From assembly GCA_937877545.1 (NCBI GenBank), contig CALFJE010000093.1:27519-91518 (forward strand): a DNA stretch of 64,000 bases. Direction: 5' to 3'. The notes below the pieces were generated by a model. That model saw only the letters and a list, made by a program, of their open reading frames with translations, was not told the DNA's origin and searched no databases. Origin of the DNA: an uncultured Selenomonadales bacterium. GTDB lineage: Bacteria; Bacillota; Negativicutes; Selenomonadales; Selenomonadaceae. Numbering within the stretch: the stretch's first letter is position 1; every line of letters begins with the position of its first letter. The position numbers and the translations under genes were made by a program. This document shows, piece by piece, positions 10,988-20,688 of this stretch.

Positions 10988-12616
10988 ATGGCGAAGGATA
11001 ATTTTTTTGGCAAGAAATATTTATATGAGGTATTGCCGATGTTGAAGTGGGTAGCCGAACAGGTACCGGGCGGCTTTTTCGTCTACTCCGCCAAGGAACC
11101 CTACGAGCTTTTTTACGCCAACAGCGAGGTTTTGGAAATTTACGGTTGCGAGGATTTGGACGAGTTCAAGGCTCTGACGGGTTACACGTTCCAAGGCATG
11201 GTTCACCCCGACGACTTTTCCGCAATTCAAAAGTCAATCGAGGAGCAGATAGCCGACCCCGATAACGACCGCCTCGACCACGTGGAGTATCGAATCACGC
11301 GCAAAGACGGCTCTATCCGCTGGATTGACGACTACGGACACTTTGCGACCTTCCCAGAACACGGCGACGCCTTTTATGTCTTCATCAGCGATATAACGGA
11401 ACGGCGGCTCATTCGGGAGGAAAAGTTGCGTATGGAAATGGAACTCGACAAGGCGAAACAGGCGAACGAAATCAAGGCGGCGTTCCTGTTCAATATTTCG
11501 CACGACATCTTGACGCCGCTAAATTCAATACGCGGCTTTACGGAATTGTCATTGCGGCACCTCCACGAACCCGAACTTTTAAAGACGTATCTGGAAAAAG
11601 TCGACGAATCCAGCCGGCAAATGCTTACGCTCGTCAATGACCTGCTTGACATGAGCAAAATCACCTACGGCAAGACGCAACTGCGAACCGAGGTTTGCGA
11701 CCTGGAGGAGCAAGTTTTGACCGTCCTGCACCTCTTCCGTAAAAAAGCCGACGCCAAAAATATCGCCCTCGAAAGCGTTATCAATCTGCCCCGCGAACTC
11801 GTCTATACCGACGACGTGAACTTGAGGAAAATTCTCTCCGCGCTGATTGACAACGCCATTAAGTTCACGCCCGACGGCGGGCACGTCAAAGTTACGGCGC
11901 GTAAAAAGAAAATTTCCGATTCGGGCTACGTCCGTTGCGAATTCATAATTGAGGACGACGGCGCAGGCATCAGCGAAGATTTTATGCAACGCATGTATGA
12001 GAGCTTTGAACGCGAGGAGACTTCGACGAAGACGGGGCATATCAGCGCGGGACTCGGCTTGACGATAACCAAAAAGCTCCTTGAGGCTATGGGCGGCTCA
12101 ATCGAAGTCGTCAGCAAAAAGGACGAAGGCTCCACCTTTACGGTCGGCTTGCCGTTTAAGTTCGTGCGCGACGAAGCGGAGGACGTTGCCGCCATTGATA
12201 CGATAACCGCCGATAACAACTACATGAATCGTATCCTGCTCGTCGACGACATTGAGCTTAACCGTATGCTTGCCGAGACGATTCTGGAGGAGTCGGGCTT
12301 TTCCGTCGAGACGGTTGCCGACGGTTGCGACGCCGTGGAAGCTTTTATCAAGCACCCGCCCGGCTACTATGACCTCGTGCTTATGGATATTCAAATGCCC
12401 GTAATGAACGGCTACGAGGCGACGCGTGCTATCCGTGCGCTTGACCGCCCCGACGCCAAAGTTTTGCCGATTATCGCGCTAAGTGCCAACAGCCGCGACG
12501 AGGATAAGCGTATGAGCATGGAAAGCGGCATGAATTATCATATCGCCAAGCCCTTCGACGTGGTTCAGCTTATCGCCGCCGTCAACAAATATATCGCCGC
12601 GCGAAAGGAAGTTTGA
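10988..12616 (+). CDS. PAS-domain hybrid sensor histidine kinase / response regulator
   Basis: 542 aa. PAS region, H-box FNISHDILTPLNSI, HATPase (DNAIKFT, DDGAGI, GLGLTI), C-terminal REC (LLVDD, LVLMDIQMPVMNG, AKP). Confidence 0.9.
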   Translation: MAKDNFFGKKYLYEVLPMLKWVAEQVPGGFFVYSAKEPYELFYANSEVLEIYGCEDLDEFKALTGYTFQGMVHPDDFSAIQKSIEEQIADPDNDRLDHVEYRITRKDGSIRWIDDYGHFATFPEHGDAFYVFISDITERRLIREEKLRMEMELDKAKQANEIKAAFLFNISHDILTPLNSIRGFTELSLRHLHEPELLKTYLEKVDESSRQMLTLVNDLLDMSKITYGKTQLRTEVCDLEEQVLTVLHLFRKKADAKNIALESVINLPRELVYTDDVNLRKILSALIDNAIKFTPDGGHVKVTARKKKISDSGYVRCEFIIEDDGAGISEDFMQRMYESFEREETSTKTGHISAGLGLTITKKLLEAMGGSIEVVSKKDEGSTFTVGLPFKFVRDEAEDVAAIDTITADNNYMNRILLVDDIELNRMLAETILEESGFSVETVADGCDAVEAFIKHPPGYYDLVLMDIQMPVMNGYEATRAIRALDRPDAKVLPIIALSANSRDEDKRMSMESGMNYHIAKPFDVVQLIAAVNKYIAARKEV

Positions 12617-12667
12617 CACTGCGGCGCGAATTATCACAATAAATATTTTCAAGAAAGGAAAAGGAAC

Positions 12668-12964
12668 ATGGAAATCAAAAAGGATCAGCAAGGCAACGCA
12701 TTGACAATCAAAATCATCGGTAGGCTCGACGCGGCAAGTGCGCCCGAACTCTCCAAGGAATTGACGACCGCGCTCAACGGCGTAACGGATTTGACGTTCG
12801 ACTTCGCGGAGCTGAAGTATATCGCCTCGGCGGGACTGCGCGTGTTGCTCGTGGCTCAAAAGCGCATGAACAAGCAAGGCTCCATGAAACTTATCAACGT
12901 CAGCGAGGCTGTCATGGAAGTTTTGGATATGACGGGCTTCGCCAGCTTGATGACTATCGCTTAA
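12668..12964 (+). CDS. STAS-domain anti-sigma-factor antagonist
   Basis: 98 aa. Typical pattern ..LTIKIIGRLDA.SAPEL...DFAELKYIASAGLRVLL with a phosphorylatable Ser. Confidence 0.9.
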   Translation: MEIKKDQQGNALTIKIIGRLDAASAPELSKELTTALNGVTDLTFDFAELKYIASAGLRVLLVAQKRMNKQGSMKLINVSEAVMEVLDMTGFASLMTIA

Positions 12965-12970
12965 TGAGGA

Positions 12971-13384
12971 ATGATTATGGAAAAAATTACGGTTGAGGCG
13001 GTGCTCGACAGTCTGCAGACGGTTATCGACTTCGCGACCGAAAAACTCGAAGAGCGCGATTGCCCCATGAAAGTTTCAATGCAGTTGGAGCTGGTTATCG
13101 AAGAGATTTTCGTCAACATTGCCAGCTACGCCTATCACCCTGAAATTGGTGCCGCGACGTTTTGCATGTCATTTGAAGAAAATCCCTCCGCCGTGCTCAT
13201 GACGTTCATTGACGGCGGCAAGCCCTACAATCCCCTCGAACACGACGACCCCGATACCACCCTCGACGTTGACGAACGCGACATCGGCGGGCTTGGAATT
13301 TTCCTCGTCAAAAAGAATGTCGACGAAATTTCCTACGAATACACGGGGGGGAAAAATATTCTCCACATGAAAAAATTTTTCTGA
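12971..13384 (+). CDS. RsbW/SpoIIAB-like anti-sigma regulatory Ser kinase (GHKL ATPase)
   Basis: 137 aa. N-box LVIEEIFVNIASYAY, G1 FIDGGKPYNP, G2 IGGLGIFLV. Confidence 0.85.
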   Translation: MIMEKITVEAVLDSLQTVIDFATEKLEERDCPMKVSMQLELVIEEIFVNIASYAYHPEIGAATFCMSFEENPSAVLMTFIDGGKPYNPLEHDDPDTTLDVDERDIGGLGIFLVKKNVDEISYEYTGGKNILHMKKFF

Positions 13385-13394
13385 GGTCGTGCTC

Positions 13395-15554
13395 ATGAAG
13401 TGGACTATACAAAAAAGACTGCTCGTCCTCGTGTTGGCGGCGGGGATATTGTCATTCTTGACATTGAGCGGTCTTTCTTTTTACGGCATGAACGTTATGC
13501 GCGGCGAAATGACGAAGCTGGGCGACAAGGTCGGTGAGGCAGGCGCGGATTTTACCGAAAACCTCATGACTTATCAGCTCAAGCAGACGCTCGGCGAATT
13601 GGCGACTTCCCGCGCAGGTTTCATTGACCACGAAATAAATCTGATTCGCCTGGACGTGGAAATTATGTCGCACATAATGACGCGTATCGCCTCCAATCCC
13701 GACGATTACAAACCCGTCAAGCTCCTCAATCCGCAATCCGAGCCGGTTTTTAATACCGAAACTTATCTGACTTACGGTCCCGACGTTAAGCGCGACGGCT
13801 TAAGTCCGGCTCTGGAGCGCGAGATTGGTATTGCCGGCAATATCCGCGCCCTCATGATGCCGCTGGCAAAGTCGTTTATCAATTACAAGTCGGCTTTCTA
13901 CGTCGGCTCCAAGCACGGCTACTTTATCTGCAGCAGCGTCTTCCCCGACAGGACGGAGGCGTTGCCCTTTGAGGAAAGCGAGTTCTTTGACTACGACCCG
14001 CGTGAGCGTTCGTGGTACAAGGCTGCGATTGCGGCGGGTGCGCCCGTTTTCTCCGACATTTACACGCACGTCAACATCAGCGAATATCAGCTTATCGGCT
14101 GTTCCGCGCCCTACTACGACGCGGCGGGCAATGTGGCGGGTGTCGTCGGAATTGACGTTTCGAGTAAGGACATTTACAACGCGATTGCCGAGACGTCTAT
14201 CGGCGAGAACGGTTTCAGCTTCGTTTTGAACGGCAAGGGCGAAGTGATTCTTTCCACGCGAGCCGAAGGCGACTTGGCGGCTAAGGAGGGCGGGCTTGAC
14301 CTGCGCGGAAGTTCCGAGCCGACTTTGGCGGACGCGGCAAGCAAGATGGTCGGCGGGCAAAACGGTATCCTGCCCGTGACGGTTGACGGCGAGGAATATT
14401 TTATCGCCTTCGCGCCCATGAAACGTATCGGCTGGAGTTTCGCCACGTTGACGCCCGGTAAAGATATAGTTGCCGCCGCCGCCGACAGCCGCAATTATTT
14501 CCTCACGCAGATTGCCGGCTTCCGCACGCGCTTTCAAGATAAATTCTTCATGATGACGTTGGCGGGCATGATTCTGCTTGCGGGCTTGAGCCACGTTTTC
14601 CTTACGGCAAGCAAAAAAGAATCTGAGCGGGTCGTCAAGCCGATTCACGAGCTGGCTGACGGCGTTCGCGAAATTTCAAGCGGCAACCTCGACAAAAAGC
14701 TCGACATTCAAACGGGCGACGAGATTGAACACCTTGCTACCTGCTTTAACGCCATGACCGACGAGCTAAAAACTTATATGACGAACCTTACCAAAGTCAC
14801 GGCGGAAAAGGAGCGCATAGCCACGGAGCTGGACGTTGCCACGGAGATTCAGCGCGGCATGTTGCCCAAGGATTTTCCTAACCGCGCAGATTTTGAGCTG
14901 TTAGCGACAATGACACCCGCCAAAGAGGTCGGCGGCGACTTCTACGATTTCTACATGTTGGACGAGACGCACCTGGCGATAACGGTTGCGGACGTGTCGG
15001 GCAAGGGGATACCCGCCGCGCTGTTCATGGTTATCGCCAAGACGATACTTAACAACTTCGCGGTGTCGACGCACAATCGCGAGGGGCTGGCAGAGGTTGT
15101 AGCCGCCGCCAACGATAAGCTTTGCGCCAACAACGAGGCGATGATGTTCGTGACGGCGTTTATCGGCGTGCTGGACTTGGAGACGGGCGAATTCGTCTTC
15201 GTGAATGCGGGGCACAATCCTCCCGTATGGTTCCGCGATAATCATTGCGAATTCCTCGATGTCAAGAAAAACTTTGTCCTCGGACCTATGGACGGTATTC
15301 CTTTCGAGGAGCAGAGGATAACGCTAAAGCCCGGCGATTTGCTCTTCCTGTACACCGACGGCGTGACAGAGGCTCTTAACACTGCGGACGAGGAATATTT
15401 GCCCGACCGATTGATAGCGTTCATGAACTCAACCGATTGCCGCGCACCGTTGGAAACTTTGCTTGCGAACGTCCGCGCTGATGTGGCGGCTCACGTCGGC
15501 GAGGCTGAGCAATCCGACGATATAACCATGTTCGCCTTGAGGTTTAAGAAATGA
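13395..15554 (+). CDS. Membrane dCache-HAMP-PP2C (SpoIIE/RsbU-type) phosphatase, paralog 1
   Basis: N-terminal TM, Cache-like FDYDPRERSWYKAA..IGCSAPYYD, second TM, HAMP (PIHELADGVREISSGNLDKKL), PP2C (EVGGDFYDF, DVSGKGIPAALFM, YTDGVTEA, QSDDITM). Confidence 0.9.
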   Translation: MKWTIQKRLLVLVLAAGILSFLTLSGLSFYGMNVMRGEMTKLGDKVGEAGADFTENLMTYQLKQTLGELATSRAGFIDHEINLIRLDVEIMSHIMTRIASNPDDYKPVKLLNPQSEPVFNTETYLTYGPDVKRDGLSPALEREIGIAGNIRALMMPLAKSFINYKSAFYVGSKHGYFICSSVFPDRTEALPFEESEFFDYDPRERSWYKAAIAAGAPVFSDIYTHVNISEYQLIGCSAPYYDAAGNVAGVVGIDVSSKDIYNAIAETSIGENGFSFVLNGKGEVILSTRAEGDLAAKEGGLDLRGSSEPTLADAASKMVGGQNGILPVTVDGEEYFIAFAPMKRIGWSFATLTPGKDIVAAAADSRNYFLTQIAGFRTRFQDKFFMMTLAGMILLAGLSHVFLTASKKESERVVKPIHELADGVREISSGNLDKKLDIQTGDEIEHLATCFNAMTDELKTYMTNLTKVTAEKERIATELDVATEIQRGMLPKDFPNRADFELLATMTPAKEVGGDFYDFYMLDETHLAITVADVSGKGIPAALFMVIAKTILNNFAVSTHNREGLAEVVAAANDKLCANNEAMMFVTAFIGVLDLETGEFVFVNAGHNPPVWFRDNHCEFLDVKKNFVLGPMDGIPFEEQRITLKPGDLLFLYTDGVTEALNTADEEYLPDRLIAFMNSTDCRAPLETLLANVRADVAAHVGEAEQSDDITMFALRFKK

Positions 15555-17752
15555 AACTTAGCATCCATAAAAAAGTTTTGCGATTGGTATTGGGCGCGGG
15601 CTTGACGACGTTCCTGGTACTGGGCGCGTTTTCGTACTTCGGCAAGAGCGTAGTGCAACGCGATATGGTGGAGATGAGCGTCGAGCTGGGCGAAAAGAGC
15701 GCGGCTTACACCGAAGAACTTTTAATAGACCAACTCAAGCAGACACTGGGCGAACTTGCCGCAGCAAAGGCGCAATTCATCGATAGGGAGATGACAATCA
15801 CCCGCGACGACGCAACCATTTTGGCGAACGCCGTTACCGAGATAATGTCGCACCCCGAAAATTATTCGCCCAAGCCTTTGCCCGACCCGCACACCGACTC
15901 CATAAAGAATGCCGAGCCGTTTTGTTTTTACGCGCCCGCTGTTCGCGACAACATTACGCCCGAACTTCAAAGCGAATTGGAGCTTGCCGGTAACGCCAAA
16001 GATTTGCTCATCGAAATGATTAAGAGTTACACGGGCGTCAATGCGACGGTATTTATCGGCGGCGAGACCGGCTGGTTCATTGGCACTGCCATATCGCCCG
16101 ACGAAAACGGGCATACCGACTTCAACGCGAACATACCTCGAAACGTTTTCGACTTCGACCCGCGCAAGCGTCCCTGGTACGTATCTGCAAAAAATGCCGG
16201 TGTGCCCGTCATCTCCGACCTTTACCGCACGCTTGAGGCGGACGGTTATCAGCAAATCGGCGCGTCGGCACCCTTTTATGACGCGGCGGGCAATATGATT
16301 GGCGTCGCCGGCTTGGACTCCTCCAACACCGATATGTACGACTGGATAAATCGTGCGACCGTCGGCAAGGGCGGTATAAATTTTGTAATTAACGAACGCG
16401 GCGAGGTTATTTTTTCGTCGCAGAAAAGCGGCACGTTTGCCGTAAATGCGGACGACGACCTTACGGCGCGAGCGGGCGGGCGCGATTTGCGCAACAGCTC
16501 CGAGAAAACGTTGGCGGCGGCGGCAAGCAAAATGGTCGGCGGCGAGCAGGGCGTTTTACCGTTGAGTCTGGGCGGCGAATCTTTTTACATTGCCTACGCG
16601 CCGATACCGTCAACGGGCTGGAGTGTAGGGATGATAATCGCCGACGAGGATGTTTTCACCGCGACGCAAAGCACGCAAAATTATTTCTTAAAGCAAGTCG
16701 GCAATCTGCAGGCGCAAATGTTGCAGGATTATTCCTACCTTAACACGGTCGCGTTGGTGATACCGGTCGTCCTGCTGATAATTTTGTTCTTTATGAGCAC
16801 GAACTTATCGCAACGATTTGTTAAGCCGATTCATGAACTGGCGGACGGCGTAAGGGACATTTCAAGCGGCAACCTCGACAAAAAGCTGGATATTCACACG
16901 GGTGACGAGATTGAACACCTTGCCACCTGCTTTAACGCCATGACTGACGAACTTAAAACTTATATGGCGAACCTGACTAAGGAGACCGCCGAAAAGGAAC
17001 GCCTCGCCACGGAGCTTGACGTTGCCACGGAGATTCAGCGCGGCATGTTGCCCAAGGATTTTCCTAACCGCGCAGATTTTGAGCTGTTAGCGACAATGAC
17101 ACCCGCCAAAGAGGTCGGCGGCGATTTCTACGATTTCTACATGTTGGACGCGACGCACCTGGCGATAACGGTTGCTGACGTTTCGGGCAAGGGGATACCC
17201 GCCGCGCTTTTCATGGTCATATCAAAGACGGTGCTGAACAACTTCGCGACGAGCTTTTATCGGCAGAACGGCTTGGCACCGGTGGTGGAGGCGTCGAACG
17301 AGCAACTTTGCGCCAACAACGAGGCGATGATGTTCGTGACGGCGTTTATCGGGGTGTTGGACTTGGAAAGCGGCGAATTCGTCTTCGTGAACGGCGGGCA
17401 CAATCCTCCCGTGATTTATCGTGCGGAAAATAATCATTGTGAATTCCTCGACGTCAAGAAAAATTTCGTGCTCGGACCTATGGACGGTATTCCTTTCGAG
17501 GAGCAACGGATAACGCTAAAGCCCGGCGATTTGCTCTTCCTGTATACTGACGGCGTAACGGAGGCTTTGAACGTAAAAGACGAGGAATATCTGCCCGACC
17601 GATTGATAGCGTTCATGAACTCGACGGATTGCCGCGCCGATTTGCAAACCTTACTTGCGAATGTCCGTGCAGATGTGGCGGCTCACGTCGGCGAGGCTGA
17701 ACAATCCGACGATATAACCATGTTCGCCTTGAGATTCAAAGGCAAGGCTTAA
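15551..17752 (+). CDS. Membrane dCache-HAMP-PP2C phosphatase, paralog 2
   Basis: ATGA start/stop overlap with paralog 1. Same architecture. The HAMP-PP2C half is near-identical to paralog 1, while the sensor half has diverged. Confidence 0.9.
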   Translation: MKLSIHKKVLRLVLGAGLTTFLVLGAFSYFGKSVVQRDMVEMSVELGEKSAAYTEELLIDQLKQTLGELAAAKAQFIDREMTITRDDATILANAVTEIMSHPENYSPKPLPDPHTDSIKNAEPFCFYAPAVRDNITPELQSELELAGNAKDLLIEMIKSYTGVNATVFIGGETGWFIGTAISPDENGHTDFNANIPRNVFDFDPRKRPWYVSAKNAGVPVISDLYRTLEADGYQQIGASAPFYDAAGNMIGVAGLDSSNTDMYDWINRATVGKGGINFVINERGEVIFSSQKSGTFAVNADDDLTARAGGRDLRNSSEKTLAAAASKMVGGEQGVLPLSLGGESFYIAYAPIPSTGWSVGMIIADEDVFTATQSTQNYFLKQVGNLQAQMLQDYSYLNTVALVIPVVLLIILFFMSTNLSQRFVKPIHELADGVRDISSGNLDKKLDIHTGDEIEHLATCFNAMTDELKTYMANLTKETAEKERLATELDVATEIQRGMLPKDFPNRADFELLATMTPAKEVGGDFYDFYMLDATHLAITVADVSGKGIPAALFMVISKTVLNNFATSFYRQNGLAPVVEASNEQLCANNEAMMFVTAFIGVLDLESGEFVFVNGGHNPPVIYRAENNHCEFLDVKKNFVLGPMDGIPFEEQRITLKPGDLLFLYTDGVTEALNVKDEEYLPDRLIAFMNSTDCRADLQTLLANVRADVAAHVGEAEQSDDITMFALRFKGKA

Positions 17753-17763
17753 AGAAACCTTAA

Positions 17764-17789
17764 CCCGTCGAGAGGCGGGAATTTTTTTT
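17764..17789 (+). terminator. Rho-independent terminator after the PP2C genes
   Basis: CCCGTC-gaga-GGCGGG followed by AA and T8. Confidence 0.75.
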
Positions 17790-17922
17790 GCAAAAATCGA
17801 CGGTTCAGAATTGACAAAAAACAACTGTTACACTACTTGAGGTAGTGTTGAGTTTTCTGAAAGGGGAATGCCTGTGGAGTATGGCGGAAAATTTTTGGCG
17901 CGGCAAAGGTTTATTGGAAGGA

Positions 17923-18954
17923 ATGATGATTATGTCGACAGATCCTGATATTATTGCGAAACAACAGGAGCAAACTTGGGACAGCATAGTAAAGACCAAA
18001 AAAAGTCCGGCTGAAATGCGTCGCGATTTATCCAATAACACTAACCTCAGCAATCTGATGCTCAATCCGATTTCGCGATACGATTTACCCGGCGGCAGAA
18101 GGAGCACGGTAATGACAGGGGCGGGCAACGACTCGCTTAAAATCAGTACCGCCAATGTTAAAGTTTATGCCGGCACGGGCAATGATACCATTGATTTCAG
18201 CTCCGGCTATGGAAATTACGTACTTTATCACGCCGGTGACGGTAACGATAAAATTATCGGCTTTGCCCAAGATTATACAGCACAATTCGCGGAGGCGCAG
18301 GTCACGATTCAATTTACAACAGTGGAAGTTACACCACGATAAACGGCGGTTCGGGTAATGATACCGTTTCGCTCAACAGTTCGGGGCACCACAATGTTAT
18401 TCAATATGCGGCGGGCGACGACAACGATAAAATTTACAACTTTGGCACGACGGATTCTATCAGCATAACGGGCGCGAAGTATACGCGTTCAACCGTCGGC
18501 TCCGATGTCGTGCTTACGGTCGGTAGTGGCAAAATAACGTTGGTCGGCGCGAAAGGTAAGACGCTTAATATCAAAGGCACTCAGAAGGCGGCAACGTCGG
18601 CGCGACGATTAACAACTCTCTTTCAAGCAAGGCGATTTACGGCACGAGCTATGCCGATTCGATTTACAATACGGGCAACAAGGTCACGATAAGTACGGGC
18701 ACGGCTAACGACACCGTCACTACGGGAGCAGTGTTAAGGCGGACGCGGGCAATGATTATCTTGTTTCGTTCAGCAACGGCTCTAAGGTTACGCTAACGGG
18801 CGGCAACGGCGACGATACCTTCTGGGGCGGCTTAGGCAACGATGTCATTTACAACTTTGCCGATAACGACCTCTTGCAAATCACGGGCACGTTTAACTTC
18901 ACGGCTACGGCTTTCCACGTCAACAACAAAACTTACAAGCTCAGCGGCACGTAA
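17923..18954 (+). pseudogene. Frameshifted calcium-binding (RTX / GGxGxD-type) repeat protein gene
   Basis: Repeats GAGNDS, GTGNDT, GDGNDK, GGAGHDS, GGSGNDT, AGDDNDK, GTANDT, AGNDY, GGNGDDT and GLGNDV can be read only by changing frame near 18270, 18597 and 18725. The final frame ends at TAA 18952-18954. Confidence 0.7.
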
Positions 18955-18977
18955 CGCTTAAGCAAACAAAATTTTAA

Positions 18978-19006
18978 TCCCGTCGGAAGGTTCGGCGGGA
19001 TTTTTT
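18978..19006 (+). terminator. Rho-independent terminator
   Basis: TCCCGTCG-gaaggtt-CGGCGGGA followed by T6. Confidence 0.8.
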
Positions 19007-19007
19007 G

Positions 19008-19016
19008 TGGTATAAT
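19008..19016 (+). promoter_or_regulatory. Extended -10 element TGgTATAAT for the amidase gene
   Basis: TGGTATAAT at 19008-19016, 25 nt before the TTG start at 19041 with AAGGAGG RBS. Confidence 0.55.
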
Positions 19017-19040
19017 CTGCGCGGACAAGGAGGTTGAACT

Positions 19041-19622
19041 TTGGACAGAAGAAAATTTTTGCAAGTGTTGGCATTGGGCGCGGCGAACGTGCTTTTGGGC
19101 AACGAAAAGGCGGCTGCCTACATCTTGGATACGTGGGAGCCGCCGATAAGGAAATTATTTTTGCGATTCACCGAATACGAGGAGCGTGCGTCGACGGAGA
19201 TGATAGTTATCCACCATGCGGGCTTTCCCGACGGCGATAAGGATTCGTCCGCCGAGGATATTCACAAGTTCCACCAAGAAACCTTTGGCTGGGCGGGCAT
19301 AGGCTATCATTACGTGATTCGCAAGGACGGCACGATTGAGCAGGGGCGTCGTCCGCAAGCGGTCGGGGCGCACGCCTTGCACCACAACAAAAATTCGATT
19401 GGCATTTGCGTCGCGGGGAATTTCGACTTAGCCAAGCCCAATGCCGCGCAGATGGATTCGCTTAAGCTGTTGACGGCGTGGCTTTGTCACAAGTACAAGC
19501 TCGACCCCATGCGCAAGGGCGTTATCGTCGGGCACAGGAATTTGAACGATACGAAATGCCCCGGCGATAATCTGTACAAGAAGCTCGATGAGATACGCCG
19601 CTACTGCCGCGACTTTGAATAG
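19041..19622 (+). CDS. N-acetylmuramoyl-L-alanine amidase (Amidase_2/PGRP type) with a twin-arginine signal
   Basis: MDRRKFLQVLALGAANVLLG signal. EMIVIHHAG, GIGYHYVIRKDGTIEQGR, NKNSIGICVAGNFD and KCPG motifs. Confidence 0.85.
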   Translation: MDRRKFLQVLALGAANVLLGNEKAAAYILDTWEPPIRKLFLRFTEYEERASTEMIVIHHAGFPDGDKDSSAEDIHKFHQETFGWAGIGYHYVIRKDGTIEQGRRPQAVGAHALHHNKNSIGICVAGNFDLAKPNAAQMDSLKLLTAWLCHKYKLDPMRKGVIVGHRNLNDTKCPGDNLYKKLDEIRRYCRDFE

Positions 19623-19624
19623 GC

Positions 19625-19996
19625 TCAGCGAAGGCGGCGACCTCTGCGCGGCACTCGCCAATCGTCGTCGTCGTCTTGAACGGGCGCGGGCTTAGGCTTC
19701 CTGTTGAGCACGTAGAGCGCACCAAAGCCGGCAATGTCAAGCAAGACCAGGATTATAATCGAATAAGTGCTGTCGGATTCGGCGTTGGCTCTGTCTTCGT
19801 AGGTCGTGGATTCGTTCTTCGACGCGCCGACATAGCCCGTCCAAAAGCTTTCGAGCTTGCCGACGCCCGAACGTTGCGAAATGCCCGCGTCGTAGGACGC
19901 CATGGACATCGTATTTGAGTTGATGCGCCAAATCAGGTAAACGTTCGCGATAACCATTAACGTTATAACAGCTATGGAAATATATTTCTTGTTCAT
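19625..19996 (-). CDS. Hypothetical two-TM membrane protein
   Basis: Start [21 protein letters not shown] at 19996, overlapping the ung stop (ATGA). Second [22 protein letters not shown], acidic/basic tail. Confidence 0.6.
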   Translation of the reverse strand: MNKKYISIAVITLMVIANVYLIWRINSNTMSMASYDAGISQRSGVGKLESFWTGYVGASKNESTTYEDRANAESDSTYSIIILVLLDIAGFGALYVLNRKPKPAPVQDDDDDWRVPRRGRRLR

Positions 19997-20688
19997 GACA
20001 AGGCTCCTTTCGGGAGGTTGGGGATTTGCCAATCGATTGGCATTTCGCCGACGGATTGGAGGAATTGATTGACGCGGGAAAAAGGTCGGCTCCCGAAAAA
20101 GCCGCCGCTCGCCGATAACGGACTCGGATGCGCCGATTCAACGATAAAGTGGCGCGGGTTCGTTATCATATTTTTTTTGCGCCGCGCAGGGTTGCCCCAG
20201 AGGATAAACGCAAGCGGGCGTTCGTGTTCGTTGAGCAGGCGGATAATTTTATCGGTGAAGGTTTCCCAGCCGTGACCTCTGTGCGAATTGGCGGCGTGCG
20301 CCCTTACAGTCAAGACGGCGTTGAGCAACAGGACGCCTTGCTCCGCCCAGGGCTTGAGGCAACCGTTATTCGGGATAAAGCAACCGAGGTCGTCGCGCAA
20401 TTCCTTGAAGATATTCATAAGCGAGGGCGGCGCGGGCACGTCGGGCAGGACGGAAAAGCTAAGCCCGTGCGCTTGCCCCGGCTCGTGATACGGGTCTTGC
20501 CCCAGAATTACGACTTTGGTATCGGCGTAGCTCGTATAGTGCAGGGCGTTAAAGATGTCATACATGTTCGGGAAAATCTTCCGCGAGCTGTACTCGTCAA
20601 TCAGAAACTTGCGCAACTCCTGATAATACGGCTCGTTAAGCTCGTCGCCCAACAGCTCTTGCCAATCGTTTTTAAAAAGTTTTTTCAT
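19993..20688 (-). CDS. ung: Uracil-DNA glycosylase
   Basis: 231 aa. [29 protein letters not shown] and HPSPLSA motifs. Confidence 0.95.
   Translation of the reverse strand: MKKLFKNDWQELLGDELNEPYYQELRKFLIDEYSSRKIFPNMYDIFNALHYTSYADTKVVILGQDPYHEPGQAHGLSFSVLPDVPAPPSLMNIFKELRDDLGCFIPNNGCLKPWAEQGVLLLNAVLTVRAHAANSHRGHGWETFTDKIIRLLNEHERPLAFILWGNPARRKKNMITNPRHFIVESAHPSPLSASGGFFGSRPFSRVNQFLQSVGEMPIDWQIPNLPKGALS

Noticed and set aside
18260-18730. Programmed ribosomal frameshifting in the RTX-like gene
   Set aside because: Three shifts in 500 nt with no slippery heptamer or downstream structure are more simply explained by gene decay or sequencing error.
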